A DNA stretch of 64,000 bases from Dehalococcoidia bacterium (GTDB lineage Bacteria > Chloroflexota > Dehalococcoidia > Lucifugimonadales > UBA3495), in contig OY764869.1 in assembly GCA_963668585.1 (NCBI GenBank), positions 3,147,106 to 3,211,105 of the forward strand. Direction: 5' to 3'. The position numbers were made by a program, and so were the translations under genes. How positions within the stretch are numbered: the first letter of the stretch is position 1; the number at the start of each line of letters is the position of its first letter. Below are positions 29,173 through 38,644 of this stretch, piece after piece. A model generated the notes under the pieces. The model saw only the letters and a list, made by a program, of their open reading frames with translations. It was not told the origin of the DNA and did no database searches.

Positions 29173-29388
29173 ATGGCTATCATCAAGACAACATTTGTCT
29201 GCGCCAAGTGTCAGAATACCGAATACGAAACCGACGAGTTCCGCGCCACCGGCGGAAATTTTGCCAAGTTGTTCGACGTGCAGAACAAGAAATTTTCAAC
29301 CGTGTCGTGCAAACGATGCGGCTACACGGAAATCTACAGGGGCAGCACGTCAACCTTGGGCAACATCTTCGATTTCTTCGCCGGCTGA
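29173..29388 (+). CDS. zinc-ribbon protein (DUF2082-like, two CxxC knuckles)
   Basis: SD AGGGGAGGA. The 71-aa product has CAKC...CKRC spaced about 40 aa apart and a ...GNFAKLFDVQNKKF core typical of small nucleic-acid-binding Zn ribbons. Confidence 0.7.
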   Translation: MAIIKTTFVCAKCQNTEYETDEFRATGGNFAKLFDVQNKKFSTVSCKRCGYTEIYRGSTSTLGNIFDFFAG

Positions 29389-29426
29389 CGGCCCGGCGCT
29401 GGCAGCATGCTTTCCGCCGGATGCAC

Positions 29427-29457
29427 AAAAAACGAGCCCTCCGCGTTTGCGGAGGGC
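29427..29457 (-). terminator. intrinsic terminator downstream of tRNA-Glu
   Basis: On the minus strand: GCCCTCCGC-AAAC-GCGGAGGGC followed by TCGTTTTTT. It starts 12 nt after the tRNA 3' end. Confidence 0.65.
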
Positions 29458-29468
29458 CCATTAATTGC

Positions 29469-29547
29469 TGGTACCCCGGATGGGCTTCGATCCCATGATC
29501 TCCACCTTGAAAGGGTGGCGTCCTTGACCAGGCTAGACGACCGGGGC
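29469..29547 (-). tRNA. tRNA-Glu (anticodon UUC)
   Basis: 79-nt cloverleaf: acceptor GCCCCGG/CCGGGGT (G1:U72), D-arm GTCT-AGCCTGGTCAA-GGAC, anticodon arm CCACC-CTTTCAA-GGTGG, T-arm ATGGG-ATCGAAG-CCCAT, then ACCA. An extended -10 TGGTAAAAT lies upstream (29575-29583). Confidence 0.9.
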
Positions 29548-29595
29548 ATGGGCGTCATCGTATGACACCATAGCATTTTACCATGCCGCCCGCGT

Positions 29596-30624
29596 TTACG
29601 GATATACGGCCAATGCTTCCAGGGACATTTCCTCGGGGAAGCCGCACATGAGGTTCATGTTCTGCACGGCCTGACCGGCGGCGCCCTTCACCAGATTGTC
29701 AAGGCAACTGATCACGATGAGACGGTTGGTGCGGGTGTCAACCACCGGGTGCACCAGGCAATAATTGTTGCCCAGCGTCTGCTTGGTCTGCGGCGGGGTG
29801 TTGGTTACGTGTACGAAAGCGTCGTCGGCATAGAAGTCCTGGTAAACCTGACGCACGCGCTCTGAGGCGCCAGGGTCCTGGGCTATTTCGGGGTCAAGCG
29901 GCGCGTAGCAGGAACTCAGGATGCCACGGGTCATGGGTATGAGGTGGGTCAGGAACGTGAGGTTCACCGGCGCGCCGCTGTAGGTGTTCAGCTCCTGGCT
30001 GATCTCGGGCAGATGCCGGTGTCCGTTGACCGAATAGGCCATGACGTTTTCGTTGACTTCGGAGAAGTGAGTGGTCATGCTCAGGGTACGCCCGGCGCCG
30101 GACACTCCGGATTTACTGTCCACGATGATCTCGCCGCCGATGAGTCCGTGCTGGATGGCCGGGGCCAGGGCCAGGATTGCGCTGCTGGGATAGCAGCCCG
30201 GGTTGGCGACCAGGCGAGCGTCGGCAACAGCGCCCCGGTTCAATTCGGTGAGGCCGTACACCGCCTCTTCCAGGTAGGTCGGGTCGGGATGCTCGACGCC
30301 GTACCATTCCGAGTACACGTCGGCCTGCTTGAGGCGAAAGTCCGCCGAAATGTCCACGACCTTGACGCCTTGCTCCAGCAGGGGAATGCACGCTTCGGCG
30401 CTGGCCTTGTGCGGCAGAGCCGAAAAGACAAGGTCGAGTTCATCGCACAGATCGGCGGTGATGTCCAGTTCCATGTTGTCCAGATGGGGGAATACCTCGC
30501 CCAACGGCTGTCCGGCGGCGCTGCGTCCGGTTACCGAAGCGATTTCGACCTCTGGGTGGTGGCGCAGGATGCGAACCAGTTCGCACCCGGCGTATCCGGT
30601 GACGTTGATGATTCCGACTTTCAC
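29596..30624 (-). CDS. argC: N-acetyl-gamma-glutamyl-phosphate reductase
   Basis: GTG start overlapping the nth stop (GTGA). MKVGIINVTGYAGCELVRIL; active-site region NPGCYPSS; SGVSGAGR. Confidence 0.95.
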   Translation of the reverse strand: MKVGIINVTGYAGCELVRILRHHPEVEIASVTGRSAAGQPLGEVFPHLDNMELDITADLCDELDLVFSALPHKASAEACIPLLEQGVKVVDISADFRLKQADVYSEWYGVEHPDPTYLEEAVYGLTELNRGAVADARLVANPGCYPSSAILALAPAIQHGLIGGEIIVDSKSGVSGAGRTLSMTTHFSEVNENVMAYSVNGHRHLPEISQELNTYSGAPVNLTFLTHLIPMTRGILSSCYAPLDPEIAQDPGASERVRQVYQDFYADDAFVHVTNTPPQTKQTLGNNYCLVHPVVDTRTNRLIVISCLDNLVKGAAGQAVQNMNLMCGFPEEMSLEALAVYP

Positions 30625-31481
30625 GGTTGTAGCTCCTTGACGACCTGGGTGTGCGGGACGGGGGTTGGCGAAGCGGATTTACCGCTTCGTCGCCTGCGTC
30701 CGGGAGCCTGTCCGTCGGGGCGGTCAGTGTCTGCCGAGATATTTTCCGATGCGGCGTCGGCCGCGGCCCGCACCGCCTTTTCATCGCGGGAAGGGCAACC
30801 GTAGCTCACCACGCACTCGCCGCACAAAGGCCGTTGCGCCTTGCACACCTTGCGCCCATGTGTGATGAAGGCGGCATGGAATGGGTAAACGTCTTCGGGG
30901 GGCATGGCCGCTTCCAGAACCTCATGGGCTTTGTCCGCATTGACCTTGGGCCCGATGATGCCCAGACGTTGACTGACGCGATAGATGTGGGTGTCCACGG
31001 CCATGGCGGGCATACCCAGCGAAAAACTCAGGATGATGCCGGCCGATTTCGGACCTATCCCGGGGAGTTGGCGCAGCCAGGCGCGCGCTTCGTCCATCGG
31101 CATTTCGGCCAGGAACGTGAGATCCAGCGAATCCTCGTTGAGTTCCAGAATACGGTTGAGGACGGTCTTGATGCGCGGCGCTTTGATCTTCGCCAACCCG
31201 CCGCCGGAGATGGCCTCTTCGATGGCGTCCACATCGGCGGCAGCCACGGCTTCGAGGGTGCTGAAGCGTTCCATCAGAGTGCGGAAAGCCCGCTCGGAAT
31301 TGCGGTCCGACGTGTGCTGAGACAGTATGGTGAAGGTCAGTTCGTGCGCCGGGTCGAGACGCGGTTCGTTCTCGAACGGACCATGCTCATCGGTAAGCAG
31401 ACGGATTGCATCCGATACGGTCACGCCGGGTTTTTTGGAGCGGCGCGGACGGCGGGTCTTGGCGGCAGTTTTGGGCGGCAT
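30621..31481 (-). CDS. nth: endonuclease III family DNA glycosylase with basic N- and C-terminal tails
   Basis: ORF track 30621..31601; start moved to ATG 31481. HhH-GPD motif LPGIGPKSAGIIL...VDTH; 4Fe-4S cluster loop C-x6-C-x2-C-x5-C (CKAQRPLCGECVVSYGC). Confidence 0.85.
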   Translation of the reverse strand: MPPKTAAKTRRPRRSKKPGVTVSDAIRLLTDEHGPFENEPRLDPAHELTFTILSQHTSDRNSERAFRTLMERFSTLEAVAAADVDAIEEAISGGGLAKIKAPRIKTVLNRILELNEDSLDLTFLAEMPMDEARAWLRQLPGIGPKSAGIILSFSLGMPAMAVDTHIYRVSQRLGIIGPKVNADKAHEVLEAAMPPEDVYPFHAAFITHGRKVCKAQRPLCGECVVSYGCPSRDEKAVRAAADAASENISADTDRPDGQAPGRRRRSGKSASPTPVPHTQVVKELQP

Positions 31482-31566
31482 TTCTCTTTCGCTACCGGAT
31501 GGCACGGTGAGGGGACCACGCGATTTTAGCACAGCGCACAGCCGATGGTAACAATGTCGCCACCAA

Positions 31567-32868
31567 TCACGAAGCCCGTGCCCGCGCCACAGTTGGAGCA
31601 TTTGGCGCGCGGGGCGACGGTCGCGTAATCAGTGGCGTCAAAAACAGCGCCGGCAATGAAATCCCGATGCAAACCAGCGCGTTGAGGGTTATCGACCACC
31701 GGATGCCGATGACGTCGCCCAGCAGGCCCATGATCAGAACGCCCGGCGGGGTGCCGAGTCCGATGCACAGGCTCATCAGGCCCACCATGCGTCCGCGCAT
31801 CTCCGGCGGCGACGACCGCATGGTGATGGTGCTCTGCATTGTGCCGAAGCAGGACAGGCCGATTCCACTGACCACCAACAGGGCGAACGTGGCGGGATAC
31901 CACGGGATCCAGGCGAAAACCGTCGACGTCACCATCACCACGAAAGCGCCGGCCGCGAAATAACGGCCGTGGTATCGGATGGTCCCGATCGTGGCCAGTA
32001 TGCCCGCCATGACGAGTTGGCCCAGCGCTTCCGACGCCGCCAGAATCCCCACCAATGTTTCGCCGACCTTCAGGTAATCGCGTCCGATCGCGGGCACGAA
32101 CTGCCGCGCCGGAAACGCCATGCCATTGATCATTATGGTGATGAACAGCATCCCGATCAGTTGCCGGTGATTGAACGCTTCGCGAACCACGTCGCCCAGA
32201 CTGTTCCAGATCGGCTCCGCGCGCCATTCTCGTTCGACCTTCGGGATCCGGACGCGGATCGCCAGCAGCATCGCGATGGAATGGAAGACGACCACCGCCG
32301 CGTACGCCCAGACGTACCCCGCGTAATGGGGCCAATAGTAGTTGACATGCTCAATCAGGAATCCACCGGCAAAGGGCCCGAGCATACGCCCCATGGTCAT
32401 GCTCATTGAATCGATGGACAGGGCGTTGACCACTCGACGTTCGCCGACGATGTCGTACACGGCGGTACGGCGGGCAGGGTCCTCCAGAGCGCGACTCACC
32501 CCCTGCAGAAACATCGCACAGAACACATGCCAGGCTGCGATGTATCCGAACAGCAGCAATACAAAAATCGCGATGCCGGCTCCCCATTTGATGGCCAGCG
32601 AACTCACCCAGATCTTCTTACGGTCAAACCGGTCGGCGATTATTCCGGTGAATGGGGAGAAGAAGGGACGCGGGATGTTTTCGAATGCCAGGACCAGTCC
32701 CAGCATCAGCGCTCGATCGGTCAGGGAATAAACGAGGACGCTGGTGACCAGCAGTTCCATCCAGCGAGTTACCTCGACGACGTTCACTACATACCAGATA
32801 GCCCTGAAACGAGGGTTCCGCAGAACCTCCATCATGGGTGAAACCGGACGGCCGGCGGGTATTGCCAA
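31567..32868 (-). CDS. MFS transporter
   Basis: TTG start behind GAGAGG. Multiple hydrophobic spans consistent with a 12-TM MFS transporter; loop motif GIIADRFDRKKIW (MFS signature between TM2 and TM3). Confidence 0.85.
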   Translation of the reverse strand: MAIPAGRPVSPMMEVLRNPRFRAIWYVVNVVEVTRWMELLVTSVLVYSLTDRALMLGLVLAFENIPRPFFSPFTGIIADRFDRKKIWVSSLAIKWGAGIAIFVLLLFGYIAAWHVFCAMFLQGVSRALEDPARRTAVYDIVGERRVVNALSIDSMSMTMGRMLGPFAGGFLIEHVNYYWPHYAGYVWAYAAVVVFHSIAMLLAIRVRIPKVEREWRAEPIWNSLGDVVREAFNHRQLIGMLFITIMINGMAFPARQFVPAIGRDYLKVGETLVGILAASEALGQLVMAGILATIGTIRYHGRYFAAGAFVVMVTSTVFAWIPWYPATFALLVVSGIGLSCFGTMQSTITMRSSPPEMRGRMVGLMSLCIGLGTPPGVLIMGLLGDVIGIRWSITLNALVCIGISLPALFLTPLITRPSPRAPNAPTVARARAS

Positions 32869-33197
32869 CGAAACCTCTCTGATCGGCGGTCAATGCAGCC
32901 GGCGCATCGTGGATTTTACACCCCCGTAACACGGCTGCGCCTGTTTTCGCGCTACCGGATTGTTCGGGTTAGCCGGTTTGGAACGCCAGCGATTGCGACC
33001 GGAACCCGCTCCATCGGGCGGTCGCAGGGAAGAACCGGCGCCGTTGGCCGCCGTCCGACTCCAGGCCCACCCGATCCAAAATGCCGGCGCTGCATTTAAC
33101 GCCGAACCCCTGCAACGGCGCTTCGGCCCTGCGGTATAATGAGGCCGTTGATGGCGGGAGGAACGGGGAGATATCTGAATCGCCGGGAGCCCATGCT

Positions 33198-34445
33198 ATG
33201 GCGAGTTCCAGACTGACCAACGATCGACAGGAAGCGCGCGAGGGCCGGGCGTCAGGGCGCAGCGGATACAATCCGGCAACGAGGGCGAGCGCGGCTTCCG
33301 GGTTCAGCACGGGGTTCAACAGCTTTTTGTCCACGGGCCGCCTGTCGCTGGCCCTACGCCTTGGGCTGCGGTACGGCGTGGACCGCCGGTTCATTTCCAG
33401 ATACCTGGGAATCCTGGCTACCGACGTAGCATTCGCTCCGTTCCGATTCTGGCAGAGCGCGGCGTACGGTCGGCGCATCAGCAAAACCGAAATCCACCCC
33501 GAACCGATATTCCTCCTTGGCTTCTGGCGTTCCGGCACCACGTTGCTGCACAACCTGTTTGCCTGCGACCCACAGTGGGGTTTCGTGAACACATACCAGG
33601 CCGCCCTGCCCGACCTGTTTCTGGCCGGCCAGCGGCGGCTGCGCAGGAAGCTTGAATCCGCGCTGCCGGAGAACCGGGGCATCGACAACATACCCGTAGA
33701 TTTCGCCATGCCGCAGGAGGAAGAAATCGCGCTGATGTGCGCCAGCGGTCTCAGCCCCTACGTGTCGCTCAATTTCCCGCGCACCGCAAACGAGACTCTT
33801 GAGTACCTGTTCATGGGCGACGGCGTTGACCAGCGTATCCGCGAGCGATGGCGCCTTGAATACACCAAACTGCTCAAAGCGGCATCCCTGCACATGGAAG
33901 GCAAACCGTTGGTTTTGAAATCCCCGTCCAACACCAGCCGGATTGCCGAGTTGCTGGACCTTTTCCCGGACGCCAGGTTCGTGTACATCCAGCGCAATCC
34001 CTACGATACCGTGCGTTCGTACATGCACCTGCTCAGGCTGATGAACGGCTGGCACGCGCTGCAGAGCATCGACTTCGAGGAACTGTTGCAGCGTCAGATC
34101 AGAATCTACAGGCGAATGGCGGAAGCCTATCTGGAACAGCGGAAGTCGATACCGGATGGCAGGCTGATTGAAATCCGCTACGAAGAACTGGAACAGGACA
34201 AGATCGGCCACATGGGACTGATTTACGACGCGCTTAGCCTGGACGGGTATGATGCGTTCGCCCCGCAACTGGCCGAGTACGTTGATTCCATTGCCGATTT
34301 CCAGAAGAACCCGGCACACCTGAGCGAGCAGGTGATTCGTCTGGTCAACGAGCACGTTCCGTTCCTCGTTGACGAGTATGGTTACGACTTCATGGAAACC
34401 GCGCACGGAGAAGAACCGATCGGTCGTGATAATATCGGAACGTAG
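33198..34445 (+). CDS. sulfotransferase family protein
   Basis: ORF track 33081..34445; start moved to ATG 33198 (SD GGGAG). PAPS-binding loop-like FWRSGTTLLHNL and downstream LKSPSNTSRI...RNPYDTVRS. Confidence 0.8.
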   Translation: MASSRLTNDRQEAREGRASGRSGYNPATRASAASGFSTGFNSFLSTGRLSLALRLGLRYGVDRRFISRYLGILATDVAFAPFRFWQSAAYGRRISKTEIHPEPIFLLGFWRSGTTLLHNLFACDPQWGFVNTYQAALPDLFLAGQRRLRRKLESALPENRGIDNIPVDFAMPQEEEIALMCASGLSPYVSLNFPRTANETLEYLFMGDGVDQRIRERWRLEYTKLLKAASLHMEGKPLVLKSPSNTSRIAELLDLFPDARFVYIQRNPYDTVRSYMHLLRLMNGWHALQSIDFEELLQRQIRIYRRMAEAYLEQRKSIPDGRLIEIRYEELEQDKIGHMGLIYDALSLDGYDAFAPQLAEYVDSIADFQKNPAHLSEQVIRLVNEHVPFLVDEYGYDFMETAHGEEPIGRDNIGT

Positions 34446-34467
34446 ATGAAGCTATGGGAGGTTGGAA

Positions 34468-35352
34468 ATGGACCAGGCAGTCAGCGATTTCTGGGCGGCG
34501 ACTCGTTCGATTCTGGATGAAACGCCGGTTGACGCGACACTCGAAGAATGTCCTGAGCGCAGCGGCCGAGAGTACGATACGTGGACCGTCTCGCTGAGCA
34601 GTTACGGAGGCCAGCGCCTGCGCGCGTTTTACACTGCCCCCAAGCACGCCTCAGCCTCGGGCAAATTCCCGGCGATGCTCGCGGTGCCCGGCTACGGAGG
34701 GGGCAAGGACATTCCCTACCATGTGGTGATGCACGGAATCGCCGTGCTGACCCTGTTCCCCAGGGCCCAGGGCGAAAGCATCCCGGAATGGGACCTGCCC
34801 GAAGGGACCAACAAGCTCACCTACAACGTGACCGACCGGGACACGTACTACTACCGCGCGGCGTACATGGACTGCGTCAGAGGCATGGACTTCCTGGCGG
34901 AACGCGACGAGGTGGACACCGACCGCATCGGTATGTGGAGCCGTAGCCAGGGTGGCGGTTTCACGCTGACAACGGCGGCGCTGGATCACAGGCTGGCCGC
35001 AGCCGTCGCTGAACAACCGTTCATGTGCAACTACCCGGTGGCCATCGACATCGAAACCCGGCCCTACGACGAACTGAGCAACTACGTCCGGAAGCACCCC
35101 GAACAGCGGCAGCAGATGTTGGATACGCTGGCGTATTTCGACGGCCTCACGCTGGCCGACGCCATCGAGTGCCCGATCCTGGTCGATGTCGGCATGGCCG
35201 ACACCACCTGCCCGCCCGACACCATCATGCCTGTTTTCGAACGCATCAGGTCGCACAAGTCGCTGCTGGTGTACCCGGACCTGCCGCACAGTCCCTGCGC
35301 CGATTTCAATGTTCACGCCATGAACTGGCTGAAGCGCTACCTGGGCGCCTGA
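34468..35352 (+). CDS. acetyl xylan esterase / cephalosporin-C deacetylase family (CE7/AXE1)
   Basis: Start moved to ATG 34468 (SD GGGAGG). PGYGGGK; nucleophile motif SRSQGGG; C-terminal DTTCPP...YPDLPH. Confidence 0.85.
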   Translation: MDQAVSDFWAATRSILDETPVDATLEECPERSGREYDTWTVSLSSYGGQRLRAFYTAPKHASASGKFPAMLAVPGYGGGKDIPYHVVMHGIAVLTLFPRAQGESIPEWDLPEGTNKLTYNVTDRDTYYYRAAYMDCVRGMDFLAERDEVDTDRIGMWSRSQGGGFTLTTAALDHRLAAAVAEQPFMCNYPVAIDIETRPYDELSNYVRKHPEQRQQMLDTLAYFDGLTLADAIECPILVDVGMADTTCPPDTIMPVFERIRSHKSLLVYPDLPHSPCADFNVHAMNWLKRYLGA

Positions 35353-35419
35353 CAGCCCACCCATACTCAGCTCCAGTCCATATCAAACCTGATCCGGGAT
35401 AACTCAAAGGAGTCGCATC

Positions 35420-36877
35420 ATGGGTGTCAGAACCGGGGCCGAATATCTGGCCGGCCTCAGGGATCAGCCACGCGAAATCTGGCTGGACGGCCGGCGGATC
35501 GAAGACGTCACCGATTTCCCCGGACTGTCCAACGGGGCCAGTTCCATCGCGGCGCTGTATGACATGCAGGGCGATGGACCCTCCGGTCCGCCGATGACCT
35601 ATACGTCGCCATCCACGGGCGACCAGGTTGGCCTGTCGTTCATCATCCCCAAGTCCGCAGAAGACCTGGCCAGGCGCCGAATGATGATGTCCAACTGGGC
35701 CCACGCCAGCTACGGAATGATGGGCCGGACTCCGGATTTCCTCAACGTGACCATCATGGCCATGGCGGCCGCCGGAGATTTCTTCGGGGACAACCGGCCG
35801 GAGTTCAAGCAGAACGTCATCAACTACTACGAATTTGCCCGCGAAAATGACATCTGCATGACCCATACGCTGGTGAACCTGCAACGGAACCGCGCGCCGT
35901 CGGCCACGTCCATGAACTACAGCACCGACGTGGCGCTGCACGTGGTGAAGGAAACAGACGCGGGCCTGGTGATCCGGGGACCACGCGTGCTCGCTACACT
36001 CGGCCCATTGTCCGACGAGATCATGGTGTACCCAACCCGCTCTCACCTGCTGGCCCGGGATGAGGATGCCCACAAGTACGCGTTCGCCTTCGCAGTGCCG
36101 TGCGGAATCGACGGCCTGAAGTTCATCTGTCGCGAAAGTTTCGACCTGAACAAATCGCATTTCGATCACCCACTCGGCTCCCGGTTCGAGGAGATGGACG
36201 CCATCGTATATTTCGACGACGTGCTCGTTCCCTGGGAGCGCGTGTTCATGTACGGCGACCGGCACAAGTGCAACAACATGTCCAACGCCACCGGACAGTA
36301 CGTGCATACCGGCCACCAGGTGGTCACCAAAAACGTCGCCAAATGTGAGTTCGTTGCCGGCATCGCCAGCCTCATGGTGGAGACCCTCGGCAACGGTGAC
36401 ATACCCCAGGTGCAGGGACTAGTGGCGGAGTTGGTGGAGAACCTCGAGATCACCAAGGCGTTGCTGACGCAGTCTGAGGTGAACGCGGCCATCGACGATT
36501 GGGGCGTCATGCTGCCCGACCGGGTGCCGCTCAACGTGGCGCGCAACCTGTTCATCAAGATGTACCCGCGCATGGCCGAAATAATCCAGTTGCTGGGGTC
36601 CAGCAGCCTGATGGCGTTGCCATCTGAGGAGGATTTCGGTGGGCCGATGGGCGAGGTGCTGGACACTTACCTGGACACCGACACCGCCACGGCGCGAGAG
36701 CGCGTGAGGCTGTTCCGGCTTGCCTGGGACACGGCGTGCAGTTCTTTTGGCGGCAGGCAGGTGCTGTACGAACGCTATTTCCAGGGAGACTGGATGCGAA
36801 ACGCCGCGTTGCTGCTCAGCATCTATGACCGTGAGCCGTTGATGGATCAGGTGCGCGAGTTCCTGGAACGGGACTGA
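35420..36877 (+). CDS. 4-hydroxyphenylacetate 3-monooxygenase oxygenase-component (HpaB) family
   Basis: SD AAGGAG. MGVRTGAEYLAGLRDQPREIWLDGRRIEDVTDFPG, and overall length and pattern typical of group D flavin monooxygenases. Confidence 0.9.
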   Translation: MGVRTGAEYLAGLRDQPREIWLDGRRIEDVTDFPGLSNGASSIAALYDMQGDGPSGPPMTYTSPSTGDQVGLSFIIPKSAEDLARRRMMMSNWAHASYGMMGRTPDFLNVTIMAMAAAGDFFGDNRPEFKQNVINYYEFARENDICMTHTLVNLQRNRAPSATSMNYSTDVALHVVKETDAGLVIRGPRVLATLGPLSDEIMVYPTRSHLLARDEDAHKYAFAFAVPCGIDGLKFICRESFDLNKSHFDHPLGSRFEEMDAIVYFDDVLVPWERVFMYGDRHKCNNMSNATGQYVHTGHQVVTKNVAKCEFVAGIASLMVETLGNGDIPQVQGLVAELVENLEITKALLTQSEVNAAIDDWGVMLPDRVPLNVARNLFIKMYPRMAEIIQLLGSSSLMALPSEEDFGGPMGEVLDTYLDTDTATARERVRLFRLAWDTACSSFGGRQVLYERYFQGDWMRNAALLLSIYDREPLMDQVREFLERD

Positions 36878-36908
36878 CGAACCCCATATCCTGACCGGGC
36901 CATGACGT

Positions 36909-36939
36909 AGGGGCGGGTTTGAAACCCGCCCCTGTTTTT
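36909..36939 (+). terminator. intrinsic terminator formed by the dispersed GC-rich hairpin element
   Basis: AGGGGCGGGTT-TGA-AACCCGCCCCT followed by GTTTTT, 32 nt after the HpaB-family stop. The hairpin is identical to 3664-3688. Confidence 0.75.
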
Positions 36940-36961
36940 GACCGAATGCTACCCTGCTAAA

Positions 36962-38104
36962 TCACTTCATCAGCCCTTCGGTAACCGCTCCCTTGAAGGC
37001 GTTTTCGCCGCCGAAAACCGTGCCGGTGGATCCGGCATTGAACTTCGCCAGGGCGAGGTCATACACTTCCTGCGGGAACGGGACATACCCAACGGACGTG
37101 GCCAACTGCTGGCCGTTGTCGCCCAGGTAGTACCGCACGAATTCTGCGATGTGCTGTTCCCGCGCCGCATCCGCCCGCACATAGATGAACAGCGGCCGGC
37201 TGAGCGGGGCATAGGATCCGTCGTTGATCGCGTCGCTCGTCGGCGTGATGCAACCGTTGCCGCCGTCAACAGGCACGGCCTTCAATTTGTCCTGGTTCTC
37301 CACGTAATAGGCATATCCGAAGTAGCCCAGGCTGTATTTGTCCCCGGAGATGCCCTGCACCAGCACGTTGTCATCTTCGGACGCCACGAAATCGCCCCGC
37401 GACACGCCGCCGTCGCCGTTGATCGCCTCGGTGAAATAATCGAACGTACCAGAGTCAACACCCGGCGCGTATAGCTTGATCTCTTCGTTGGGGAACTCGG
37501 GGTCAACCTGGTCCCACGTCATCACGACGCCCTCGGACTCCGGCTTCCAGATCATGTTGAGTTGGTCCACCGTCAGGCATTCCACGAAATCGTTGCTCGG
37601 GTTCACCAGGACGGACAACCCGTCGATCGCGACCGGTATCTCGATGTACTCGATGCCCGCCGCTGCGCACAGGTCAATTTCCTTTTGCGTGATCGGCCGC
37701 GACGCATTCGAGATCACGGTTTCGTCGGTGCAGAATTTTTTGAATCCGCCGCCGGTCCCGGAGATCCCAACCACCGCTCGGACGCTGCCTCCGGCCAGGT
37801 CGCCGAACTCTTCGGCCACGGCCTCGGTGATCGGAAAAACGGTCGAAGATCCGTCAATCGGTATGTCACCCGACAGCGATGCGTACATGCTGGAATCGAC
37901 CGCCTTGCCGGTCTGCCCCGCGGTGGAACCGGCGGAGGTGGCCGAACCGTCGCCAGACGTTGTGGAGCCGCCGGTATTGGCAGGCGCATCGGCCGAGGGA
38001 CTGCAAGCCGCCGACACGAGAACGAATGCACAGGCCGCTGCCGTCACCGCTATCAGCAGCCTCACCGGCCAGCTTTTGATAGTGTCCAAATTGGGGGAAC
38101 TCAT
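36962..38104 (-). CDS. pstS: phosphate ABC transporter substrate-binding lipoprotein PstS
   Basis: ORF track 36962..38287; start moved to ATG 38104 (SD GGAGGA). Lipobox LVSAAC, a Ser/Gly/Thr linker, DGSSTVFPITEA, SGTGGGFKKF. Confidence 0.9.
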   Translation of the reverse strand: MSSPNLDTIKSWPVRLLIAVTAAACAFVLVSAACSPSADAPANTGGSTTSGDGSATSAGSTAGQTGKAVDSSMYASLSGDIPIDGSSTVFPITEAVAEEFGDLAGGSVRAVVGISGTGGGFKKFCTDETVISNASRPITQKEIDLCAAAGIEYIEIPVAIDGLSVLVNPSNDFVECLTVDQLNMIWKPESEGVVMTWDQVDPEFPNEEIKLYAPGVDSGTFDYFTEAINGDGGVSRGDFVASEDDNVLVQGISGDKYSLGYFGYAYYVENQDKLKAVPVDGGNGCITPTSDAINDGSYAPLSRPLFIYVRADAAREQHIAEFVRYYLGDNGQQLATSVGYVPFPQEVYDLALAKFNAGSTGTVFGGENAFKGAVTEGLMK

Positions 38105-38443
38105 CGATCCTCCTCGAATCGTTGATCTGGTCGCAGTCTTTGCGCTAATGGTTCCAGTTGTCAGCGCCTGTTCGGGCAGCCGCGCTTGACCGGGCGGGAA
38201 GGGCCGGCATCGTTCGATTGGCGTCATTCGGGGGCAGAGCGGGCATTTGAATTCGGGCGTTGATTGGGCGGCCGACAAATCCGTCAAAGTTGGAGCGAAG
38301 GCAAACGCGAGCGGAGGGTGGAAACTCCACTTGGGTCGGGGGAGAAGCAGACCGAGACCCGGGCGACAATGGCCTCCACAAAATTAACCAGCAATTGCCA
38401 TGACAGCGTCTTTTCGATTCCGACGCCCGGCCTGCGCGGGAAC

Positions 38444-38474
38444 AAAAAAATTACGGGGCATAGCATCCCCGTAA
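38444..38474 (-). terminator. intrinsic terminator (minus strand)
   Basis: On the minus strand: TTACGGGG-ATGCTATG-CCCCGTAA followed by TTTTTTT. It lies 170 nt downstream of the pepP stop. Confidence 0.6.
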
Positions 38475-38644
38475 AACGTGTCGCCGAGCGCCCGGTGGCG
38501 CCATATACGGCAGGTGCGGCGATTCCAGTGGCCGCGCCCGCCGCCGTGGGTACCGGAGGGAGACAATTGGCCACGACCTTCGGCCAGCGACGCGCGGGCC
38601 CGGCGCCGGTTTGTGCTTCGCGCAGCGCCGTGAGCAGCATGGTG

